Source: an uncultured Clostridium sp. (GTDB lineage: Bacteria > Bacillota > Clostridia > TANB77 > CAG-508). Taken from it: 64,000 bases of DNA. The stretch lies in contig CAZDPV010000001.1 of the NCBI GenBank assembly GCA_964507565.1, positions 8,662 through 72,661 of the forward strand, written 5' to 3'. Position 1 is the first letter of the stretch. Each line of letters opens with the position of its first letter. The notes under the pieces are model-generated. The model was not told the origin of the DNA. It was given only the letters and a program-made list of their open reading frames with translations, and searched no databases. The position numbers and the translations under genes are program-made. Shown here in pieces: positions 1 through 9,739 of this stretch.

Positions 1-1210
1 ACTAATAGTAATTCCAATAGCGATAGCGAATATCCATTCAGCAGTATTTCCATTTTATTTTATATTATATTTACCTTATGTTGGAGAATATGCAATACGA
101 GTATTACTAGACTGGCATTTACCACATAAAATTTATGCGTTGTATCTTAAAATGGCAATTAGTAGAACAAATAAAAGACTAAAAACTGTTAATAAAGAAA
201 AGGTGCAAATTTATCAAAATAGGTTATCAAATCTTAATAAAAAAGTAGAAAACTCAGATCTGAAATTTGAAAAATTCATAGTAAAGCAAAATGATAGAAG
301 AAAAAATCCTTATAAAATCAAGTTGGAAAGAAATGATAATACTATAGGGTTAATAATTATAATGCTAATATGTGTATTTACAGGACTTCTAACACCAATA
401 AAGGATATGCCATACACATATACTTATAGAATAATGCAAGGAAATACAACAAGCAATATAAATGAACATTTACCACTTACTCTTATAAATAATAAAGACA
501 TACTAATATCACTAACTATAATGTTAGGATTACTAATATTTACAAAGGTAAAAATACGTTTAAGAGATTTATTCTTTGCAGGAGGTTTAACATTATTAGC
601 ACTAATGTCAAGAAGACAGGTATCAATGCTTACATTATTTGGTGGCTTAGTACTAAGTAGGTTAATTTCAGAGATTGTAGCATATTATGATAAAAACGGT
701 ACAGAAGACTTTATGGATTATATGACTACATTAGTAGGAGAGGTACTTACTATATTGTTTATATTCTTAATAAGCTACTGTTTGTATAAACCAACAATAA
801 ATGCAGTATATGTAAATAGTAGTTCATATCCAGTAGAGGCATCAACTTGGATTAAAGAAAACCTAGATTACAAAAATATAAAAATGTTTAATGACTATAA
901 TTACGGAAGCTATTTATTATTTGAAGATATTCCTGTATTCATAGATTCGAGATGTGATTTATATACTCCAGAATTTAACGGAACATATAATAAAAATAAC
1001 AAGAAATATGAAGGAAAAGATATATTCTCAGATTATATAAATGTTTCAAGCTTATCTACAGACTATGATAAAAAATTTGAAGAGTATGGAATTACACATG
1101 TTATGACAAAAACAAATTCTAAATTAAATATGTTTATTGCTAAAGATAGTAATTACAAAGAAATCTATAAAGATTCAAAATTTATAATATATGAAAGAGA
1201 AAATAAATAA
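1..1210 (+). CDS. Polytopic membrane protein with its 5' end outside the window. Function unassigned; a GT-C/ArnT-like topology is suspected.
   Basis: The frame of the listed 140..1210 ORF stays open back to nt 2, so the gene enters from upstream. It has several hydrophobic helices (GLIIIMLICVFTGLL, ILISLTIMLGLLIF, LVGEVLTILFIFLISYCLY) followed by a soluble C-terminal domain. Confidence 0.5.
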   Translation, partial: LIVIPIAIANIHSAVFPFYFILYLPYVGEYAIRVLLDWHLPHKIYALYLKMAISRTNKRLKTVNKEKVQIYQNRLSNLNKKVENSDLKFEKFIVKQNDRRKNPYKIKLERNDNTIGLIIIMLICVFTGLLTPIKDMPYTYTYRIMQGNTTSNINEHLPLTLINNKDILISLTIMLGLLIFTKVKIRLRDLFFAGGLTLLALMSRRQVSMLTLFGGLVLSRLISEIVAYYDKNGTEDFMDYMTTLVGEVLTILFIFLISYCLYKPTINAVYVNSSSYPVEASTWIKENLDYKNIKMFNDYNYGSYLLFEDIPVFIDSRCDLYTPEFNGTYNKNNKKYEGKDIFSDYINVSSLSTDYDKKFEEYGITHVMTKTNSKLNMFIAKDSNYKEIYKDSKFIIYERENK

Positions 1211-2125
1211 ATGAAAGAAAAATCATATATAGTTACAAAAGAATTAGAGGGAAAGAGGCTTGATACTTATGTAGCAAGCCTTGATTTAGAACTAACAAGA
1301 AGTATGGCACAAAAACTTATTCAAAGTAAGAATATACTAGTTAATGAAAAAAAAATAAAAGAGTCATACAAAGTTAAAGAAAATGATAAAATAAAAATTG
1401 TAATAGAATCTCCAAAAGAAACTAATATAGAAGCAGAGGATATTCCAATAGACGTTGTTTATGAAGATAATGATATAATGGTAATCAACAAAGCAAAGGG
1501 GATGGTTGTTCATCCTGGATGTGGAAATCCTAAGGGAACATTAGTAAATGCAGTTTTAAGCCATTGTAAAGGAAGCTTATCAGGAATAGGAGGAGAACTT
1601 AGACCTGGAATTGTACACAGAATAGATAAGGATACATCAGGGCTAATAATTGTAGCAAAAAATGATAAGGCACATATAAATATGGCAAATCAAATAAAAG
1701 AACATAAGGTTACTAAAATATATACAGCATTGGTAAAGGGAAACATAGAAGAAAATGAGGCAACAATAAATATGCCAATAGGAAGAAGCCAAAATGATAG
1801 AAAGAAAATGGCTGTAAGAGAAGATGGAAAAGAAGCTGTAACACATATTAAGGTGATAAAACGATATGGCAAATATACGTTATTGAAAGCTAAGATAGAT
1901 ACAGGTAGAACTCATCAAATAAGGGTTCATTTATCAGAAATAAATCATCCTATAATAGGTGATGAAATATATTCTAATGGTAAAAACGAATTTGATGTGC
2001 ACGGTCAAATGCTTCATAGTACGATTTTAGAATTTAGACACCCTATTACAGGTGAAAAAATTCATTTAGAAGCGGAATTACCAATGTACTTCAAGAATAT
2101 ATTAAATATATTAGATGAAAGATGA
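1211..2125 (+). CDS. rluD: RluA/RluD-family 23S rRNA pseudouridine synthase
   Basis: N-terminal S4 domain plus the catalytic HRIDKDTSG motif and GRTHQIRVH. The ATG directly follows the upstream stop. Confidence 0.9.
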   Translation: MKEKSYIVTKELEGKRLDTYVASLDLELTRSMAQKLIQSKNILVNEKKIKESYKVKENDKIKIVIESPKETNIEAEDIPIDVVYEDNDIMVINKAKGMVVHPGCGNPKGTLVNAVLSHCKGSLSGIGGELRPGIVHRIDKDTSGLIIVAKNDKAHINMANQIKEHKVTKIYTALVKGNIEENEATINMPIGRSQNDRKKMAVREDGKEAVTHIKVIKRYGKYTLLKAKIDTGRTHQIRVHLSEINHPIIGDEIYSNGKNEFDVHGQMLHSTILEFRHPITGEKIHLEAELPMYFKNILNILDER

Positions 2126-2143
2126 TAAAAAGAAGGTGAAAAT

Positions 2144-2875
2144 ATGGAAGAAAGATTACAAAAATTTTTAGCAAATTCAGGGGTTGCTTCAAGAAGAAAA
2201 TGTGAAGAGTTGATAAAAGAAGGAAGAGTAAAAGTAAATGGAGAAGTAGTAAATGAACTAGGGACTAAAATAAATGAAACTACTGATAAAATAGAATTTG
2301 ATGGAAAAATGGTAAAACCAGTAAGCAAAAAGGTATATATTTTATTAAATAAACCAATAGGATATGTTACTACTGCCAAAGATCAATTTCAAAGAGATAC
2401 AGTAATGGATTTAGTTAAAGATATTAAAACAAGATTAGTTCCAGTAGGAAGACTTGATATGTATACGTCTGGAGCCTTACTATTATCGAACGACGGTGAA
2501 TTTGTAAATAAAGTAACTCATCCAAAAAATGAAATTGAAAAAACGTATAATGTAACCATAACAGGAAAAATATCTGATGAAGAAGTAGAAAAGCTTAAGG
2601 GTGGAGTTGAAATAGAAGATGATAAAGAAAAGTATAAAACTAAACCAGCAAGGGTCAAGATTCTTAAAATAGATGATGAAAAAAATTTATCAAGGTTGCA
2701 GATTACAATTCATGAAGGTAAAAATAGAGAAATAAGGAAAATGTGTGAATCAATAGGTAAAAGAGTTCTAGCACTTCATAGAGCAAAAATAGGAAATATA
2801 GATGTAAAAGATTTACCTCTTGGAAATTGGAGGCACTTAACAGAAAAAGAAATTAAGCAAATTTATTCTAAATAG
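2144..2875 (+). CDS. rluB: RsuA/RluB-family pseudouridine synthase
   Basis: S4 domain (LQKFLANSGVASRRKCEELIKEGRVKVNG), catalytic GRLDMYTSG and GKNREIRKM. An RBS (gaaggtga) lies upstream. Confidence 0.85.
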   Translation: MEERLQKFLANSGVASRRKCEELIKEGRVKVNGEVVNELGTKINETTDKIEFDGKMVKPVSKKVYILLNKPIGYVTTAKDQFQRDTVMDLVKDIKTRLVPVGRLDMYTSGALLLSNDGEFVNKVTHPKNEIEKTYNVTITGKISDEEVEKLKGGVEIEDDKEKYKTKPARVKILKIDDEKNLSRLQITIHEGKNREIRKMCESIGKRVLALHRAKIGNIDVKDLPLGNWRHLTEKEIKQIYSK

Positions 2876-2905
2876 AAGTTAAAAAAATGTGACTTATTAT
2901 CAATG

Positions 2906-2935
2906 TTGACATAATATAAACTAAAGTGATATAAT
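2906..2935 (+). promoter_or_regulatory. Sigma-A-type promoter
   Basis: TTGACA (2906-2911), an 18-nt spacer, then TATAAT (2930-2935). It sits 47 nt upstream of the 2982 ATG. Confidence 0.5.
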
Positions 2936-2981
2936 AGAAAAAGTATAGACATCTATAAAATAATTTTTGTAGGAGGAAGTT

Positions 2982-3911
2982 ATGGTTGAAGATAAAGAAA
3001 TAAAGGCAAAAATATCTCCATTTGCAATTAGAGAAGGCGAGATAAAAGTATTTGATGGGAAAGACGGATATGTATCAATGAATCAAATACTTCAAAAAAT
3101 AAATATAGGACATATAAACGACTTACACTTTAAAATAATAGAACTAATAAATAAATTTGAATTTTTAACATCAAGACAGTTATTCCAACTATTAGAACTT
3201 GAAAAAGTCGAAATTAAGGATCAAGACAAATTAAATACTAAATTAGATCAACTTATTAAAAATAAGATATTAACAAGATATTATTTCACATCAAGCCAAG
3301 GAAATGGAATATATAGAGTATACTGCATGGAGAAAATGGGTAAATATTTATTAAATTCAAGAGAGATTGAGTGCAAATGGCAACCTTCAGACAATGCTAA
3401 GCCAGTAGAAATGATGAAGAAAAAATTAGCCGGAAATCAGTTAATAATTGCATATATGTATAAAGTAAAAGCATATTCAAGTTATAAATTAAAACCAGAA
3501 GTTAAAGCAAAAACATCATCAAAAGTATTTAAGCCTATAGCTAATATTGAACTAAAACTAAATGATAGAAAAGTAGATTTTGTATATGAAATAGTAAGAA
3601 GAAATTCAGATTGGGATAAAAAACTAATAGAAAGATTAAGCCTTTGGAATGATTTTTATAGTAATTTTATTCCAGGAGATTCAGGTTATACATCAATACC
3701 ACAGTTAATATTAGTATGCGAAGATGAAAAGCACATTGCTGAAACATTTAAAACAATAGTAATGAATAATATTAAAATTGATAAAGTACATATTTATTAT
3801 ACAACAGACTTAGCTCAAAATGAGGAAAATTTACAAAATAGCTTATATGATTTTACTGAAGAAAACGGAAAATATAAAATGAAGAATATTGTGGCTAAGA
3901 TATTAGGATAA
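2982..3911 (+). CDS. Replication-relaxation family (PF13814-like) winged-helix protein
   Basis: The N-terminal pattern LHFKIIELINKFEFLTSRQLFQLLE fits the 'LT.RD..IL..L...R.LT..QL' signature of this family. AGGAGG RBS. The call is from memory of the family pattern, not from a search. Confidence 0.5.
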   Translation: MVEDKEIKAKISPFAIREGEIKVFDGKDGYVSMNQILQKINIGHINDLHFKIIELINKFEFLTSRQLFQLLELEKVEIKDQDKLNTKLDQLIKNKILTRYYFTSSQGNGIYRVYCMEKMGKYLLNSREIECKWQPSDNAKPVEMMKKKLAGNQLIIAYMYKVKAYSSYKLKPEVKAKTSSKVFKPIANIELKLNDRKVDFVYEIVRRNSDWDKKLIERLSLWNDFYSNFIPGDSGYTSIPQLILVCEDEKHIAETFKTIVMNNIKIDKVHIYYTTDLAQNEENLQNSLYDFTEENGKYKMKNIVAKILG

Positions 3912-3973
3912 TAAATTAGAAATACTTTAATATAAGATAATAGGTTAATATAAATTTTAAACATTCATGTATG

Positions 3974-4012
3974 AAAAAATACTACTAAATATAATTTTAG
4001 TAGTATTTTTTT
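3974..4012. terminator. Bidirectional intrinsic terminator between convergent genes
   Basis: Perfect 13-bp stem AAATACTACTAAA / TTTAGTAGTATTT with a 6-nt loop, flanked by an A-run and a T-run. Confidence 0.7.
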
Positions 4013-4020
4013 AAAATTAT

Positions 4021-6354
4021 TTAATTATTTTTACCCTTTTTAAATGTAAATGTAACTGCTTCATCATTATTAAAATTGAAATTTAAGCTTGAATTATCCA
4101 TTTTGATAGGATCATCTTCTTCAGTAGAAGAATCGTCAAAATGTGAATTAGAAAGATTCAATTTCTTGGGTTTAATATTTTCGTCCTTCTCAGCAATACC
4201 ATTTGTGAATTTTACAAAATTATAGGTCTTTATATTTTGTTTTTCTTTATACTTAGATGGCAAGAAATCCAAATTTGCAGTACCATTAACAATTTTTCCT
4301 TTTAAATCTTTAATCTTGTACATTCCCTTTTTGAATTTTAAAGATTGTATTTTGCCTGGTTTATATTTTATCTTATTATCATAGGTAGCTTTACCCTTAG
4401 AATCATAAGCATCTTTTTCAAAATTATATGCAGAGTGATCAATAGTCCATTCTTTTTTCTCACCAATTTCTTTTGACCACCATTCATTATCTTCTGGAGT
4501 ATTATTTCCAAATATTATTTTATTCGAACAATTTGCGATAACAGTATCACCAAGTTTTTCACCCCTTGAACGAATTTGAGCTAAGTTTTGAGCAGATACA
4601 ACGGTTGCAATTCTATATTTTCTATATACTGTAAAAATAGATTCAGTAGCGGGACAAATGAAATCAGGGAATTCATCAATATACAAAAAATGAGGAATAC
4701 GATTATTTTCATTTCCAGGTCTACGTAAAACTGAAAATTGCATTAGTAGTAAGAAGAATAAACCAAAAGCTTTGTGGGCAGTTTCTCCTAAATCTCCACG
4801 TCTTGTACATACTAAAGAAATATCTCCATTAGCTAATATTTTATCATAATTTATATTATTATTTCTATTACATAAAATACTTTTTACTCCAGGATATCTT
4901 AATAAAGTATCTAACTGAGCCATTGGAATAGAGACTAATTTTTGCATATCATCTTTATTAGGGCTATCATTATAAAAGTTCTTTTTAAAATATCCAATTT
5001 GATTTTCATATTGAACAGAAAGTTGAGGATCCTTTTCTAATATTTTACACATTTTTTCTATCAAATCAAAATTATTTAATAATTTTAACATATCTTCTAT
5101 ATTGGGCAATTTACCATTATTCAATTTTGGATACATTACTTTAAGTAAAATTGCTAAATTTTCAATAATCTGATTAGACATATTTTCTTTGTAAGCCATT
5201 TCCATCTCAGGATTTCTATCAGTATAAAATCCCTTTAGTACTGTAGAAATTGAAAGAGCTGTTTGAACTGGATCATCAAAAGAAAAAGGATTTAAACCAG
5301 GTGAATTTGGATTATCAGGATCTATTAAATTATAAGACATTCCAAAATTATCACATACTCCTCTAATTCTTTCTATAGTTTCATAATCTGGAGCCATGTA
5401 TGTAATTCCAAGATTTCTATAAACAATTTTAGAAGAAGACTCAGAAAGTATAAATTTTTTAAAATATGATTTAAATAAGTTTGCCTTAGAATCTACAGGA
5501 ACAATCATATTTAAAGAAAAATTATTATTTATGTAATCATTATCGTAAGGGGCGTTTAAAGTTGCAATTCCTGTTTTTAATGCCGCAAAAGCTAAAGTCT
5601 TAGAAGATTCTTTAAAAAAGAATTTCTTATTTATATCTTGAGCAACCCAAGGCTCAAAAACTAAGGAAGTTTTGCCAGAACCGGAAACACCAACAACTAG
5701 AGTTGATTCAAATCTACGTAATTCCGGAAGCTTTACATCGTTTCCATGGTCTTTATCTGTACCAATAAAAATTTCGTTTGTATAAGGACCCCATCCAACA
5801 GATTTATCTGAAAGACTAATACCTTCATAATCAAACAATGAATCTCTAAGATCCTTAGTATCATTAACTCCTTTAAACAGCTTATTAAATAATAAGTACC
5901 ATGTTGAAAGAGGTAATGCTATTGCTAGAGAAGAAAGTGCTGGTTTTATTAAATATGAAAACTGAGTTACTATTGTTGAATAACCTGGAAGAGAAAGAAG
6001 TCCTAGCCAGCAAGCTTTATTTATCCACTCTGTAATCATTGTTATTACTAATATATATAAAGATGTACAATAAGCGTAAAACCAACCTAGCTTATCATCA
6101 TCACATTTTATAAATTTCGAACCCATTGAAAATAGAAAAGCAAATACAGGAAAGGCGAATGCTATTGCATAGGTAATCGGTCCCCAATAATTAGATGCCA
6201 CTCCAGTGAATACTATTAAAAGAAATTCTACTAATCTATCTACTATTAAATATACTGAAATTAAAGAAAGTATGTATGTAAAAAATGTATTTCTATCAGT
6301 TTTTAGTGCTTTTAAAAATTTATCAAAACCCTTCATATTACTATTCCTTTCCAT
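4021..6354 (-). CDS. TraG/TraD/VirD4-like type IV coupling-protein-family ATPase with a multi-TM N-terminus
   Basis: About 5 N-terminal TM helices, Walker A VGVSGSGKTS, Walker B FLYIDEFPDF and a C-terminal acidic tail. An alternative start at M7 (6336) has the better RBS (aaagga). Confidence 0.65.
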   Translation of the reverse strand: MERNSNMKGFDKFLKALKTDRNTFFTYILSLISVYLIVDRLVEFLLIVFTGVASNYWGPITYAIAFAFPVFAFLFSMGSKFIKCDDDKLGWFYAYCTSLYILVITMITEWINKACWLGLLSLPGYSTIVTQFSYLIKPALSSLAIALPLSTWYLLFNKLFKGVNDTKDLRDSLFDYEGISLSDKSVGWGPYTNEIFIGTDKDHGNDVKLPELRRFESTLVVGVSGSGKTSLVFEPWVAQDINKKFFFKESSKTLAFAALKTGIATLNAPYDNDYINNNFSLNMIVPVDSKANLFKSYFKKFILSESSSKIVYRNLGITYMAPDYETIERIRGVCDNFGMSYNLIDPDNPNSPGLNPFSFDDPVQTALSISTVLKGFYTDRNPEMEMAYKENMSNQIIENLAILLKVMYPKLNNGKLPNIEDMLKLLNNFDLIEKMCKILEKDPQLSVQYENQIGYFKKNFYNDSPNKDDMQKLVSIPMAQLDTLLRYPGVKSILCNRNNNINYDKILANGDISLVCTRRGDLGETAHKAFGLFFLLLMQFSVLRRPGNENNRIPHFLYIDEFPDFICPATESIFTVYRKYRIATVVSAQNLAQIRSRGEKLGDTVIANCSNKIIFGNNTPEDNEWWSKEIGEKKEWTIDHSAYNFEKDAYDSKGKATYDNKIKYKPGKIQSLKFKKGMYKIKDLKGKIVNGTANLDFLPSKYKEKQNIKTYNFVKFTNGIAEKDENIKPKKLNLSNSHFDDSSTEEDDPIKMDNSSLNFNFNNDEAVTFTFKKGKNN

Positions 6355-6443
6355 ATATCTATTATCCTACAAAATCACCAAAATTACAAGGGGTTTAAGT
6401 AATTTTTTTTATTTAATAACATATAAATTAAAAAAGGTGAGTT

Positions 6444-8031
6444 ATGAACAAAAAAAATATAAAAGAGACTTTTTCTCAAAGTGTATTTGCACTATTAGCA
6501 TCACAGGTTATTGTAAAAATATTAGGCTTGATATACAGGTTATATTTAACCAACAGAAGTGGATTTGGTGATGAGGGAAATGCAATATCAAGCAGTAGTT
6601 TTCAAATTTATGCACTAATATTAAGTATTACAGCAATAGGAATTCCTGGAGCAATATCAAAGCTCGTAGCTGAAAGGAGTGCAGTAGGGGATCATAAGGG
6701 AGCATTTAAAATATTTAAAGTTGCGCTTATAATATTCTCAAGCATTGGAGTATTAGGAAGTTATATTCTATATTACTTTGCAAAGCCCATAGCAAATAAT
6801 TATTTGCATATTCCTGAAGCAGAATTATCTATAATAGTATTATGCCCATCTGTACTATTGGTTTCAATAATATCAGTTTTTAAAGGATATTTTAATGGAA
6901 GAGAGAATTTAAAGGCAACAGCTAAAGCACGGTTCTTTTGACCAATTGGCAAAAACTATATTTACAATAATAGCAATAGAGATTTCTGTTATAGTAATAA
7001 GAAAAGAGAATACTGAAATTATGTCAGCGTGTACTAATTTAGCAACAACTGTTGGAAATATAATTGAATTTATATATTTATATAAAACATATAGAAGAAA
7101 TTTACCAGAAATAAAAGAAGAAATAAGTGAAAGCATTAACACTGTTCCAATAAGGATATATAAAATAATAAAAGAAATAATAAGAGTTGCAATTCCAATT
7201 TCGATAACGGCTCTAATAATGGCAATTTCCAAAAACATAGATTCAACTACAATAGTAAGTGAATTAAAAGATATAATTGGTTATGAAGAAGCCAAAAAAG
7301 AATATGGAATATTAAGTGGAAAAGTTGATGCATTGATAAATTTTCCACTGTCATTTAACATGGCAATAGGAGTTGCGCTATTACCATCAATAGCTTCTGC
7401 TAATGGAAATATAAAATCGAAAGAAAAAAGAATAAACGAATCCTTATTATTAGAAATGATAATAGCAATCCCGATTACATCAATTTTTATAATGTATGCA
7501 GACGAAATACTTAAAATACTTTTCCCAAATGCAACAAACGGAGCTATGATTCTAAAAGTAAGTTCAATATCAATTATATTTGTTACTATAGAACAAATAA
7601 CAAATAATATTTTTCATGCAATAGGAAAAACAAGTATTCCAATAAAAGCAGTTATAGTGGGAGTAATTGCAAAAGCAATACTAAACAAAGTATTGGTCCC
7701 AAGAATAGATTTACCATTAGGAGGGACAATAGGAGCTGGACTTGCAACGGTTATATGTCATTGTATTGCAAGTATCTATTCATTAATAATGTTAATTAAA
7801 ATAACAAATATAAAAATATCATTAAACAATATTATTAAGCCAACATTTGCTAGCATTGTTTTAATAGCAGTATCAAAGATATTCTATTTCATATTAAACA
7901 ACAAAATTAGTAATAAAATAATTATTATAATATCTTTAATATTAGGAACGTGTGCATATCTAGTATGTCTAAAACTGCTAAATATTTTCAATAAGAAGGA
8001 CATAGAACTTATAATAAAGAACAAAAAATAA
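6444..8031 (+). pseudogene. spoVB: Stage V sporulation protein B (MOP/MurJ-like flippase), split by a +1 frameshift near 6930-6940
   Basis: ORFs 6444..6941 and 6946..8031 are consecutive parts of one polytopic SpoVB/MurJ-type protein. The second frame is open from 6913, and the join (..NLKATAKA / SFDQLAKTIF..) falls in 'gcacggttctttt'. Confidence 0.75.
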
Positions 8032-8223
8032 TTACGAAATTTAAAACTTTTTACACATACAAAATAAAAACATGATACAAAAAATCTTAAAAACCTTGAA
8101 ATTAGCAAAGTTTCAAATAAAAAAATAAAAAAAAAGAAGGATTTTGTTTTTTATTGGCGAATATTAAGGTAGTAGATTCAGATTGGTCTACATATATTCG
8201 GATCTTAATAGGAGGTAAATTAA

Positions 8224-8502
8224 ATGAACAAATCTGATTTAATCGCAGCAATGTCTGCTAAAACAGGAGAAACAAAAAAGAGTACAGAGGCTTCTTTAGA
8301 CGCATTTGTTAGTGCTATTACAGACAGCTTAAAGAAAGGTGATAAAGTTCAATTAGTTGGATTTGGATCTTTCGAAGTTAGAAAAAGAGCAGCTAGAAAA
8401 GGAAGAAATCCTCAAACTAAAGAAGAAATAAAAATACCAGCATCAAAAGCTCCAGTATTCAAAGCAGGAAAAGCTTTAAAAGATTTAGTTAACAAAAAAT
8501 AA
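8224..8502 (+). CDS. hup: HU-family DNA-binding protein
   Basis: [11 protein letters not shown]...[37 protein letters not shown] is a full-length HU signature. AGGAGG RBS. Confidence 0.95.
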   Translation: MNKSDLIAAMSAKTGETKKSTEASLDAFVSAITDSLKKGDKVQLVGFGSFEVRKRAARKGRNPQTKEEIKIPASKAPVFKAGKALKDLVNKK

Positions 8503-8542
8503 TTAGATGAGTTTTGTATTATAAATATGAATTCATAGAAAG

Positions 8543-8568
8543 TAGGCTATCTTTAGCCTATTTTTTTT
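8543..8568 (+). terminator. Intrinsic terminator after hup
   Basis: TAGGCTA-tctt-TAGCCTA hairpin followed by T8. Confidence 0.7.
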
Positions 8569-8654
8569 AGCTTTATACAATTACAAAAGAATAACTAACA
8601 ATAAAAGCAAAAAAATAGACTTACCAGAAAACTCTGAAAGTCTTGATAAATCTA

Positions 8655-8741
8655 TGGTGCAGATACCCGGAATCGAACCGGGACGATATCGCTATCGCAG
8701 GATTTTAAGTCCTGTGCGTCTACCAGTTCCGCCATATCTGC
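8655..8741 (-). tRNA. tRNA-Leu (anticodon UAA), type II with a long variable arm and encoded CCA
   Basis: I folded the reverse complement by hand. Acceptor GCAGATA/TATCTGC; anticodon stem CAGGA/TCCTG with loop CTTAAAA; variable arm CGATA-gcga-TATCG; T-arm CCCGG-TTCGATT-CCGGG; 3' ACCA. Confidence 0.9.
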
Positions 8742-8766
8742 ATATGTTCGTATTGGAACACTTATT

Positions 8767-8796
8767 ATTATAATACCTTATATTCGGTTTTGTCAA
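8767..8796 (-). promoter_or_regulatory. Sigma-A-type promoter for tRNA-Leu
   Basis: On the minus strand: TTGACA (8796-8791), an 18-nt spacer, then TATAAT (8772-8767). It ends about 25 nt upstream of the tRNA 5' end. Confidence 0.55.
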
Positions 8797-9015
8797 TACA
8801 AAATTATAAAAAAACATCCCAAACAACAAAAAAGGTTCAAATTTTATTCTAATGAATTTTAAATTATAAAACATAAAAATCAATTAAATCCCAATATATA
8901 TGTAAAAGATATTAAAGATAAAGAATAAAAGTATTAAAAGTTACCAATCAAACAAAATCTAAAAAATAAATCTAAACATAACCTTTCGGATTTTAAATGA
9001 ATGGTAACATAAATT

Positions 9016-9270
9016 TTAAATTAACTTTTTTTCATGTTCATCAAAAATATCACTAAAAAGTCTATCGTCAAAGAAATCAACTAAATCAATGTCTAATCCC
9101 ATACATACTAAATATAATGTATCTAAAGTCATAGATTTTGTTCTTCCAAGCATAAAACTTACTAATGTAGAATATGGAATGCCTGCTCGATTAGAAAGTT
9201 TTCTCAGTGAAAGATTTTTTATTGTAGATAAATTAACAATTCTTTGCCTGGTTGCCATAGAAAGTTGCAT
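9016..9270 (-). CDS. XRE-family HTH transcriptional regulator (paralog 1)
   Basis: Cro/C1-type HTH (LSLRKLSNRAGIPYSTLVSFMLGR). I moved the start to MQLSMATRQRI because it aligns with the N-terminus of the upstream paralog. About half of 72 hand-aligned positions are identical. Confidence 0.75.
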   Translation of the reverse strand: MQLSMATRQRIVNLSTIKNLSLRKLSNRAGIPYSTLVSFMLGRTKSMTLDTLYLVCMGLDIDLVDFFDDRLFSDIFDEHEKKLI

Positions 9271-9277
9271 ATCTAAT

Positions 9278-9538
9278 CTACCTCTTTTCTGAACTTGTTT
9301 TTTCATTCAAAGAAACATCTTTAAACATAGGATCATCAAAAAAAGTTTTTAAACTAATACCAGTTCCTTCACATATATGTAAAAGAGTTGTTAAAGTAAT
9401 ACTTGAACATTTACCATTTAAAAAGCTACTCATTGTTGAGTAAGGAATACCAGAATCTAAAGACAATTTATGCAAAGTAACCTTCTTCTTTGCTGCTAAA
9501 TTTATTATTCTTTGTTTTACCGCATTTGCTAAAGTCAT
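9278..9538 (-). CDS. XRE-family HTH transcriptional regulator (paralog 2)
   Basis: Cro/C1-type HTH (VTLHKLSLDSGIPYSTMSSFLNGK). It lies in tandem with 9016..9270, separated by 7 nt. Confidence 0.8.
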   Translation of the reverse strand: MTLANAVKQRIINLAAKKKVTLHKLSLDSGIPYSTMSSFLNGKCSSITLTTLLHICEGTGISLKTFFDDPMFKDVSLNEKTSSEKR

Positions 9539-9739
9539 ATTTCTACCTCTTTTCTATTTATTTCTTTTTAGTATATCAAATGTATTTAAAAATAGTTAAC
9601 GATAAAATACAAAAAGACAAAATTATTAAACATAATTGAAACTGAACATAACATTGAAACAATTAAAATTAAGATATTTACTAAAAAAAAATATTGTGTT
9701 ATAATTTGCAATATAGTAAAAATAGAAAGGAAGTAAATT

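Noticed and set aside
6206-6571. A 121-aa plus-strand ORF spanning the T4CP start, the intergenic region and the spoVB start.
   Set aside because: It overlaps two better-supported genes and crosses a promoter region. There is no RBS and the composition is non-protein-like.
8742-9015. A possible prophage or integrative element at tRNA-Leu.
   Set aside because: There is no integrase, no duplicated tRNA 3' end and no phage genes. Only two small XRE regulators follow, and composition looks native.
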